This document shows positions 23,280 through 32,110 of a stretch of DNA of 32,110 bases, piece after piece. Source of the stretch: Octopus bimaculoides (Eukaryota); contig NC_068990.1 in assembly GCF_001194135.2 (NCBI RefSeq), forward strand, positions 64,734,739 through 64,766,848, read 5' to 3'. Position 1 is the stretch's first letter, and the number at the start of each line of letters is the position of its first letter. The position numbers were made by a program, and so were the translations under genes. A model generated the notes under the pieces. It made no database searches. It was not told the origin of the DNA and saw only the letters and a program-made list of their open reading frames with translations.

Positions 23280-23476
23280 GGCAGCGAGCTGGCAGAATCG
23301 TTAGCACGCCGGGCAAAAAACTCACAGGTATTTCGTTCAACTTCATGTCCTGAGTTCAAATTCCACCGGGGTCGACTTTGATTTTCATCCTTTTAGGATC
23401 GATAAAATAAGTACTTGTCAAGTACTGGGGTCGATGTAATCTACTTACCCCCTCCCCCGAAATTGCCAAAATTTGC
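23280..23476 (+). mobile_element. SINE family A, full-length
   Basis: GGCAGCGAGCTGGCAGAATCGTTAGC... Probable TSD AATATTTTCCAT at 23260-23271 and 23481-23492. Confidence 0.9.
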
Positions 23477-23804
23477 TCACAATATTTTCCATGGACTTAT
23501 CACACCTATTACGCCTGTCTGGTGAAGCCTGCAAAGACCATGGCCAGCCCTCCTCGCCTAGCATATTTTCCGATATTCACACATAATAAAATATAACGTG
23601 ATGGGAGTTGGGAGCAATATTGTGTGTTTAGTGAGGGCGCAGCGTAATGAACAATAGTGCCGATGCCGGAATTTAATGAGATCATTTCTCTAAAGAGGAA
23701 GGGGCGAAGTGACGAAAACCAGTCGAGTGAATTTTAAATATTGCTATTTTTGCATATTGTTTGCACGTATAATAGAATGGTAATAGAGTGATAATGAAAA
23801 TAGA

Positions 23805-23951
23805 CAGACAGATAGACAAACAAACATAGCTAGCTAGCTAGCTAGATAGATAGATAGATAGATAGATAAGTTACCAGCCAGAAATCCAGACAGATAGACA
23901 GATAGACAGACAGACAGACAGACAGATAGACAGACAGACAGATAAACAAAC

Positions 23952-23998
<47 letters not shown>

Positions 23999-24038
23999 AT
24001 ACCAGCCAGTCAGCCAGACAGATCGACAGATATATAGG

Positions 24039-24107
<69 letters not shown>

Positions 24108-24135
24108 TACCAGCCAGTCAGCCAGACAGATCGAC

Positions 24136-24184
<49 letters not shown>
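23805..24184. repeat. (GATA)/(GACA) compound satellite with a repeated cassette
   Basis: Cassette TACCAGCCAG(TCAG)CCAGACAGAT at about 23873, 24000 and 24108. Confidence 0.9.
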
Positions 24185-24185
<1 letters not shown>

Positions 24186-24526
24186 CAATATCTTCCTTGC
24201 TATATTATTATTGTTTGTTTTATGCAGCCAACTGCCTGCTACTTAAGGCTTTAAGGATAAATAAACACACGTCTTCCCACTCGTTCTATAAACTTAAATT
24301 TTCAATAAACAGCCTTGAAATTTTGTGCTGTTCTAAATAAGGAGTTTTTTTTTTTTTAGTTTACTGAGACTTTAGTTATATAACTGAACCCCTAGGTAAC
24401 AACTTTAAGAAACTGTTCATCATAAAACAGAAAGTATACGCCTAATTAGGGAATCACAATTGCAAGCCATTAATGGCACTGAAAATATGTAAAGCATTCC
24501 AGGTGTTTATCCTGTAGTATGTACAA

Positions 24527-24580
24527 ATGTGGTGCACCAGCATGACCGCAGCCACTTGGCTGAAACACATAAATAAATAA
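24527..24580 (+). mobile_element. isolated retroposon 3' tail related to the family-B tail (RTE-like)
   Basis: GTGGTGCACCAGCATGACCGCAGCCACTTGGCTGAAACACATAAATAAATAAA. Confidence 0.5.
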
Positions 24581-24828
24581 AAATACACACGTACAGAAGT
24601 AAAAGCTTGTATACTAGTGATTGACTAGTATGAAGCTGTATGTATTTCCAGCATACTGGAAATGTAAACTACTGCTTAGCAGTAACATATATTTTTCTTT
24701 AACTGCTTTTTTCTAATGTGGTGAACATATGGCGTCCCAAGGCAAAGCATATTTTTATTTAGTCCCAGATAACAATGGCATTCCTCCTCCTCCTCCTTTT
24801 TATAATAATAATCTTTTGTAATAATAAT

Positions 24829-25030
24829 CTTCAGAAGGCCTGAAATTTGTGGGGAAGGGCCTAGTCGTTTACATCAAATCCCAGTGTTTCACTGGTACTT
24901 AATTTTATCGACCCCGAAATGATGAAAGGCAAAATCGACCACGGTGGAATTTGAACTCATAACGTGCAGACAGACGAAGTGCCGCTAAGCATTTTGCCCG
25001 GTGTGCTAACGATTCTGCCAGCTCGTCGCC
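24829..25030 (-). mobile_element. SINE family A
   Basis: Complete head CTGCCAGCTCGTCGCC at the right end and GGCCTGAAATTT tail. Confidence 0.9.
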
Positions 25031-25042
25031 TTTATAATAATA

Positions 25043-25253
25043 CATTCTACTGGAAGCACAATGCCTCAAATTTGGGGTAAGGAGTTAAGTCGATTATATC
25101 GACCCTAGTGCGTAACTGATACTCATTTAATCGACTCCGAAAGGATGAAAAGCAAAGTCGACCTCGGCGGAATTTGAACTAAAAACATAGCGGCAGACGA
25201 AATATCGCTAAGCATTTCGCCCGTCGTGCTAACGATTCTGCCAGTTCGTCGCC
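25043..25253 (-). mobile_element. SINE family A (tandem with the previous copy)
   Basis: Complete head CTGCCAGTTCGTCGCC and body AAAGTCGACCTCGGCGGAATTTGAAC. Confidence 0.9.
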
Positions 25254-25329
25254 TTGATAATAATGATTATTATTAAAAAAAAAAAAAAAGGAAAAAAAAA
25301 AGGTAATGTAAAAGGAGAAAGGGCTCTAT

Positions 25330-25620
25330 ACCCCTTTCTCATTTTTTTTTCTGACTAGGCTCCCGTAGTTTTATGGGTTTTACCACGTGTAACCTTTCCT
25401 TTTTCGAAGCGCCTCCCCCTTTGGGAGTTCTACTTATTTATTTATCTATTTATTTATTATATCTTTCTCCGTTTTCTTCCTCTGTATAGACGAACTTTCC
25501 TACCTTTTCGGACAAAACCTTTTGTAACCTTCGTCCTGACTTTGTCCTTATATGTTTTTAATTGATATTAGCCCTTGTGGCCAATAAAACGAATTAATTA
25601 TTATTATTATTATTACTATT
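25330..25620 (+). mobile_element. 3' end of a non-SINE retroposon (LINE-like 3'UTR) with (TTA)n tail
   Basis: Pyrimidine-rich body ending AGCCCTTGTGGCCAATAAA (25570-25588), then (TTA)n. Confidence 0.45.
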
Positions 25621-25789
25621 ATTAATGTGTAAAAAAGTAAAATAATAACAATAATAATAATAATAATAATAATCTTTTTTTTTATTAACCACAGGGGCAT
25701 TGATGAGAGGGACATCCCAAGGACAGACAACTATTTGTATATGGGAATTTACTAAAGGATGGGGAGGAAGTAATTATAGTAATAATGAT

Positions 25790-26030
25790 GATGATGATGA
25801 TTTCTTTATTGGCCACAAGGGCTGAACAAAAAACAAATAGGGACAATGCAATACAAGGAACACGTGGGATGTTGAACAGTGACGAATATACAATGAATAA
25901 CAATAACAATTAACAAGAAAATTCAAACAAGAATTTCCATTGGGGTGGGAGTTCCACCAAGGCACCCCACACATCCTGCTCACCCCAACCGCCAAGAGCA
26001 CCTCATCAGGCACCCCTCTTCCCCTCAACC
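25790..26030 (-). mobile_element. 3' end of a second LINE-like retroposon with (ATC)n tail
   Basis: Minus strand ends TTCAGCCCTTGTGGCCAATAAAGAAATCATCATC. Confidence 0.45.
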
Positions 26031-27025
26031 GTTCCAGCTTACAAGCAAGTGTTCAGAGTAGTCGGGGATTTTCTTCTTGCTTCTACCCACATATTCCACT
26101 CCCTTTCATTGTATTTCCCTACTATGCTTAGCTTATCTCCTTTACAAGGTAAGTTACGAGACAACGCAATCAAAGAAGCTCGCCAGAAGCCTCTACGGTA
26201 ACTAAGCAGCTGAAGATTTCATGATTAGGGACCAGGATATGTAAGGCTGCACCCGAATGACTCATGTCACCCATGTATGTTTGGAATGCTACGATTTGGT
26301 TGCTCCTGACCTGAATCTATCTATTTATCTACCTATCTATCTGTCTGTCTGTCTGTCTATTTCTATTTCTCTTTTCACTATATGTGTATGTGCATATATA
26401 TATATATATATANNNNNNNNNNNNNNNNNNNNNNNNNNNNNNNNNNNNNNNNNNNNNNNNNNNNNNNNNNNNNNNNNNNNNNNNNNNNNNNNNNNNNNNN
26501 NNNNNNNNNNNNNNNNNNNNNNNNNNNNNNNNNNNNNNNNNNNNNNNNNNNNNNNNNNNNNNNNNNNNNNNNNNNNNNNNNNNNNNNNNNNNNNNNNNNN
26601 NNNNNNNNNNNNNNNNNNNNNNNNNNNNNNNNNNNNNNNNNNNNNNNNNNNNNNNNNNNNNNNNNNNNNNNNNNNNNNNNNNNNNNNNNNNNNNNNNNNN
26701 NNNNNNNNNNNNNNNNNNNNNNNNNNNNNNNNNNNNNNNNNNNNNNNNNNNNNNNNNNNNNNNNNNNNNNNNNNNNNNNNNNNNNNNNNNNNNNNNNNNN
26801 NNNNNNNNNNNNNNNNNNNNNNNNNNNNNNNNNNNNNNNNNNNNNNNNNNNNNNNNNNNNNNNNNNNNNNNNNNNNNNNNNNNNNNNNNNNNNNNNNNNN
26901 NNNNNNNNNNNNNNNNNNNNNNNNNNNNNNNNNNNNNNNNNNNNNNNNNNNNNNNNNNNNNNNNNNNNNNNNNNNNNNNNNNNNNNNNNNNNNNNNNNNN
27001 NNNNNNNNNNNNNNNNNNNNNNNNN

Positions 27026-27070
<45 letters not shown>

Positions 27071-27071
<1 letters not shown>

Positions 27072-27256
27072 TGTTCCGTCTGGGGAGGGTAATTTTTTTG
27101 TGCCTTATAATTTAGAGTCAAGACTGTTGAAAAGGTTGCAAGATGCAAATGGAAATTTTAGGAAAATAAAAAAGAAGGAATGAGTGGAAATTTGACCGGT
27201 GAGTGTGTTCAATTATAAGGCACAAAAAGAAAATGACTCTCCCCAAACACAACACA
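27071..27256. mobile_element. MITE (about 185 bp) with ~45-bp imperfect TIRs, TA-flanked (Tc1/mariner-like)
   Basis: GGGGAGGGTAATTTTTTTGTGCCTTATAATT (27082-27112) is the inverted copy of AATTATAAGGCACAAAAAGAAAATGACTCTCCCC (27211-27244). No ORF. Confidence 0.7.
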
Positions 27257-27570
27257 ATATGCTTCAACACACGAACTCACATAAAGAATCTTCCAAACCA
27301 AATCCAAAAACGATATATATATATATATATATACATTAGAGTTATAAAGTTTTCAAAACCTAATACCCCTGTACTGTAATTCCATAAATAATTTTATAGA
27401 AATTAGAAAACTTATGTTTATTTTGCTTTAGTTGAACAAAATGTCACCCCCAACTTAAGAAATCAATCACCACTTTTGACCCAAATCAAGCAAAATTCAT
27501 AAACTCTGTTCAAGTCTTTACCAAACCTGGTGTGTTAACTCAATGCAATGCAGAAATAGTATATCTGAAA

Positions 27571-27800
27571 GACGGCAAGTTGGCAGAAACGTTAGCATGC
27601 CGGGCGAAATGCTTAGCGGTATTTCGTCTGCCGCTACGTTCTGAGTTCAAATTCCACCGAGGTCGACTTTGCCTTTCATCCTTTCGGGGTCGATTAAATA
27701 AGTACCAGTTACGCACTGGGTCGATATAATCGACATAATCCGTTTGACTGTCCTTGTTTGTCCCCTCTGTGTGTAGCACCTTGTGGGCAGTAAAGATATA
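27571..27800 (+). mobile_element. tRNA-derived SINE family A, full-length, nested in the hAT arm
   Basis: Head GGCAAGTTGGCAGAAACGTTAGC, B-box-like GAGTTCAAATTCC, tail CCTTGTGGGCAGTAAAGATATA. Perfect 19-bp TSD AGAAATAGTATATCTGAAA at 27552-27570 and 27801-27819. Confidence 0.9.
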
Positions 27801-28178
27801 AGAAATAGTATATCTGAAATATCAACTTTCTAGTTGAAGTAGTTTCGGAGTTATGGGCTTTTGAAACTATTATCATTAGGTACCACTAGTTTCACACTTA
27901 CTTCAGTATATCTGCTGCCTAAATCCTTATAAATGCAATAGAGATATGGAATAAAAGTGTATTTATGCATTTTTAAGATTACTGAATTGAAATTGCTCTA
28001 TGCAAAGGTTCAAAACTAGGCTATTTTAAGACAGAGGCCACTACAAGCATTCGATAACACAAAATTAAAAACAATACCCATTTTAAACTTTTTAGATTTA
28101 ATTCCAATTTTAAATAGCTGTATAAGAAGAAGAAAAAAAGGAGCTGAATGTTAGCAAATTTTTAAACATAACAAAGAA

Positions 28179-29874
28179 TTAATATGTTTTGTTTGATAAA
28201 AAATATCGAAGCTGAAGTTTCTCCTTTTTACAAACATCATAAAGATCTTGAAGGCACTTGATTGCCCGTTCTGAACTCTGGTTTGTTCTGGGAATTTCCA
28301 GTTTTGAAGGTTCTCGACTCTAAATGTTTTACAGAGTTCAATGATTTTTTTATGAACTTGCAGGCTTCTGATAATCATGTGCATTGAACATTTGGTCAGT
28401 AAACCAAATATCTGTCCAGCTGTAAGAAATGAATCGATAAACATTCTCTCGAGAATTCCATGTTGCATTACTTAAGTTGGGTATTTTTTTGAAACTTTAC
28501 AGTAGGAAATTTTCCGGTTTCTTCATAAGAAACAAAAAACTCTGATCAAATGAAATCGAAATTTCATGACATCTCGCCATCCTGTTGATTCAGTAATCTT
28601 TTCTTCACCATTGTTGAAATTAGCCTGGAGTTTCTCGTAATTGCTTAGAAGCTCTGGGATGAATGTATATTCAATATTGGGAGATGACTTTTTTTCTCCA
28701 AGTTCGTTATCCATTACAACACGAATAACTCTATCAAGGATATGATGCTGACAACCAATAAATTGTGGTTCTTTCAACTCTTTTTGAGTCTTTGCAACTA
28801 AATGACAATGCCATTTCTTTTCCCAGTGTTCATACGCGTTGTATCAGCGGCAGTCATCTTTACACAATTCCATAAATTGTATTCATCTAAAACAGCTGTT
28901 ATTCCTTTCACAACAGTATCGGCTTTTCCGTTTGGTAATCGGAGTGCTTCTAACTTAAATTCTCTCTATTCATTCTTTAAAACTAGCACTTGGTATTCTT
29001 GGTCATCAATGCGTTTATCATCAGAATGCAATGACCAATTTTCTAAATGTAGAGTTTTCTTCATTTTCGTCTTTAGTTTAACAGCTTCTTTGATAGTCGA
29101 TCTGTAAATACCGGATTGGGAAGGAGTCTCGACATTGATACCATCTTGAGATAATTGTCGACAAACTGTTGCTGCTTTTTGGGTTGATAGCTTGGAAGAT
29201 ATTATTAACTTGGTTGCAGTTCCAGTTTTGCTATACTTCCACCTTATTTGTGTGGATTCTTCATCTGATTTTTCGGACTCTTGATATTCACTTTCAGTCT
29301 CTGCTTCAGACGTTGACGATGACACTAGAGTTGTTCTGGTTGAAGTTGGCATTAAGGACACTTTTCTTCTTTTGGATGGATGGATAGTTTTGGAACTGGC
29401 TGCCTTTCCAGTTCCATACCCGAACTGTCCCTTGCTTTCAATTTACAGATAATATATCCTTCTATCCTCACTGCATAGCCATTCACCGTTTTCCTTTGTG
29501 ATGTCAAAAATTCCTTTCAATGAATCGTATTTTCCTCGTTTTACACATTTATCGTAGGTATTCAGCACTTTTTCTACTTTTGCTTGTACATCTTGAATTG
29601 CTAAAATTTGGGAAATTTAATTTCTTTTGCCATAAAAGTTGCTTCTTTCGAAATTTCCTTTGTTCTTTCTTTCCTTTCTTTGATGGTATCTCCAAGAACC
29701 AGGTAGCGACCGACAATTTGAAGTTTTATTGGTATCCTGTAACTCTTTTCTAAAGAATGATCTTCTAGAGGAACATGTCTTCTTTTCCTATGTGTGTCTT
29801 GAAATTGCACGAGATTCTTCGTCCAGATTTTTTTTGCTTCTTTGAGTGACAGAAGCACTTCTCTTATGAGACAT
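28179..29874 (-). pseudogene. hAT-type DDE transposase pseudogene (multiple stops and frameshifts)
   Basis: Manual translation across breaks gives WSLHSDDKR (first D, 29020-29022), ADTTRMNTGKRNG (second D, 28843-28845), GCQHHILD (CxxH-type motif, 28742-28753), IPNLSNATWNSRE (RW motif, about 28450-28480) and IPRTNQSSERAIK (catalytic E, 28269-28271). Stop at 28179 and putative ATG at 29874. In-frame stops at 29443, 28966 and 28798, plus several frameshifts. Confidence 0.85.
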
Positions 29875-30438
29875 TATTTTACATACTCTAGTCGGATAAG
29901 CCTACTGTTCTGATAAACAGTTAATATAGTCACAGTTTTTAGCTCCACAGAAATAAAAAGGAAAGGAAGAGGATAGTTCCTAAGGTAGGGCCTACATGGT
30001 AACAAATTAAAAATTCTATAACTCCTAAAGTACTTAAATTTGAAAGCTGAAATTTGAGATATACTACTTCTGTATTGCATTAACTCAGCACACCAAGTTT
30101 GGTAAAAACTTGAGTAGGCATTATGAATCCCACTAGAATTTTGCACGATTTGGGTCAAAAGTGGTGTTAGATTTCTTCAGGTGGGGACAACATTAAAAAA
30201 AAAAAACTTAAAATAAAGGTTATTTTCCCTACTTTTATAAAATTGTTCATCGACTTTTGAAAAAAAAATTGTTTACTTCCAAAAGAAATCAAAATTTCAT
30301 AGCCCTAATATATATATATATANNNNNNNNNNNNNNNNNNNNNNNNNNNNNNNNNNNNNNNNNNNNNNNNNNNNNNNNNNNNNNNNNNNNNNTATACATT
30401 CATATATACACATACATATACATACATACACACATGCA

Positions 30439-30477
<39 letters not shown>

Positions 30478-30795
30478 ATAGATAGATAGATAGATAAATA
30501 AATCCTTTTTAAAAACCTTTTGCATTAGCCGTCTTTGTTTGGCTTGGAATAATACAGTTCCTAAAAAGCCATCAATATATTACATTTTATGACCTTTCTG
30601 ATCTCGTCATCAGATTGAAGGGACAGTAGCAATGGTATGGTGTTTGAAAATATTACTGTAACACCCCCGACTGGAAAACGTCCTCGTCATCACGAAGCTA
30701 CAATCTAAAAAGCAAGTGAACATGTCTCAAATAGAAAATGTCAATGTAACTATGAAATTTGGGAACTTCGCAACTGAATCTCTTACATCTGAAAC

Positions 30796-30849
30796 ACATT
30801 TGTTTGTTGGTTTACATTTGTTTGTTGGTTTACATTTGTTTGTTGGTTT
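30796..30849. repeat. 3 x 18-bp perfect tandem repeat ACATTTGTTTGTTGGTTT
   Basis: Direct reading. Confidence 0.95.
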
Positions 30850-31189
30850 ATCCATGCATTTTCAACAAGGAGTGATATCTACCAACTATAATACAGTACA
30901 TTAAACAAAATTAGATGACGAAAAAAAAATAAGCGTTACTTGCCAGCACTACAATTTTTTATAGTATTCCACAAAAAAAGAAAACAAAGAAGAAAAGTTT
31001 GCTCGCCTTTGGCAAAGTGCGCTGTATATAGGTTTATTTTGGCTTTATATGGTCTTTGCAAGCTGTTTTTGTTTTGGTGGGATAATTGGAGTTCTATGAA
31101 ATAATTATGCACATGCACAAACACACACACATACACACACAACTATCAACCAAAATGCAGACTGTATCATTTCTTGTAGCCTTTACTGT

Positions 31190-31370
31190 TTCGGCTTCAC
31201 GTGCTCAGACATCCATTAACTCCTGACCATTATCGTGAACAACACCTATTTTCAATTCGGTGATTTCACATATAAACAGACAACAGGGTGATCTACGGGA
31301 TCACGTCTATCAGATTTTCAAGCCACTATATATGGACCAACTACAGCACAGTCTAGTGAAATGTGAGATA
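31190..31370 (+). pseudogene. Penelope-like element reverse-transcriptase fragment
   Basis: Frame from 31190 reads FGFTCSDIH*LLTIIVNNTYFQFGDFTYKQTTG*STGSRLSDFQATIY, then (-2 nt) MDQLQHSL. This matches the PLE RT signature YFxF...YxQxxGxxMGSxxS...AxxYM. Confidence 0.7.
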
Positions 31371-32077
31371 AATTAGTGACTGAAATAGAAGTATAAGGAA
31401 AGGAAAGATTAGGATATGATGAAACATTTATTTGTAGGGTATGGGTTGATAGAACGTTGTTGTGAGGAGATTTTGCTTGGTTTGATGTTGGAATTCTATT
31501 ATTGTTTATGATTCAGTTATCTTTTTATAGAAAGTTGGATTTTGCTGTATTTTAGGGTCCACAAATGAATGACTGAAGAGGAATATGCTGTCTGCCCAGC
31601 ATATATCAGATTCATGATGAATTAGTGTTAGTGTTATTAGTTTTCTATTTAGAAATTTTAAACTGTGTTTGGAGAGGTTAGGATTGAAAGACTGTTATTA
31701 TAAACACCTACTGAGATTTGCTAGCTAGTTTCTCGCGAGAAAGAAATTATACAGAAAGATGAGTAGACACACATAATTCTAGACAATACAATTATAGTTC
31801 ATCTAAACAAGACCATTTATCACTGTGACTGTACAATGGCTCAATAAGGAATCAATGTTCTTACTTTGTATCCGCGTGAACTGAACAGAGCAAAGATATG
31901 TATACGACATAGAAAAAAATTTGACCCGAAATATCGAAATATAAGTAAAATTAAAATTATATTACTTACCAGCTGTTTCTATTATGTGTATACATACAAA
32001 CATGCATATATATGTATGTGTGCGTGTACCTATCTATCTATATATCTATCTATTTATCTCTCTCTCTCCCTCTCTCT

Positions 32078-32110
<33 letters not shown>

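Larger units (their letters stand above)
27337..30307 (-). mobile_element. hAT-superfamily (hATm-like) DNA transposon, near full length, inactivated
   Basis: Termini TAGAGTTATAAAGTTTT (27337) and TAGGGCTATGAAATTTT (reverse complement from 30307) fit the hAT YARNG start. Flanks are ATATACAT / ATATATAT (7/8, consistent with an 8-bp TSD). Inverted subterminal blocks 27439-27865 (minus the SINE) and 30010-30196. Internal transposase pseudogene. Confidence 0.85.

Noticed and set aside
444-27183. Long ORF-track entries (YIYI, VCVC, HTHT, polyX etc.)
   Set aside because: These are read-throughs of microsatellites and N gaps with no coding signal.
2111-27800. tRNA genes
   Set aside because: All A/B-box-like segments are SINE heads followed by SINE bodies; no complete cloverleaf was found.
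30585-30620. Minus-strand CTGATGA...GAAA...GTC
   Set aside because: No stem II, no palindromic stem III and only a 2-bp stem I; likely chance.
30716-30904. ORF containing HLFVGL x3
   Set aside because: It is only the translation of an 18-bp tandem repeat.
31155-31226. Short ORF MQTVSFLVAFTVSASRAQTSINS resembling a signal peptide
   Set aside because: It stops after 23 aa with no good donor and overlaps the PLE RT remnant in another frame.
1-32110. CRISPR arrays, operons or other prokaryotic systems
   Set aside because: The sequence is eukaryotic repeat-rich DNA with no regularly spaced repeat-spacer array or cas-like ORF.

Overview
AT-rich, gap-ridden, non-coding eukaryotic DNA. The SINE families and the density of (TA)n/(CA)n/(ATAC)n/(GATA)n microsatellites look like an octopus (coleoid cephalopod) genome; this is inference from recognised repeat families, not a database result. 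I cannot support any intact host protein-coding gene: nearly all ORF-track entries are microsatellite or N-gap read-throughs. The supportable content is mobile DNA. (1) A near-complete but disabled hAT-superfamily (hATm-like) transposon at about 27337-30307. Its transposase motifs can be read across frameshifts, it has long inverted subterminal arms and an 8-bp TSD in a (TA)n tract, and a SINE with a perfect 19-bp TSD is nested in one arm. (2) More than 20 tRNA-derived SINE copies from at least four families, including a dimer, nested insertions and head/body module swaps. (3) Mariner-type and hAT-type MITEs or fragments. (4) Penelope-like remnants: an RT fragment and minimal hammerhead-ribozyme-like motifs with palindromic stem III. 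A GC-rich hairpin and a few possible small exons remain unexplained. No clearly new biological system is demonstrated. The best leads are the long-armed hAT element, the hammerhead-like motifs and the modular SINEs.
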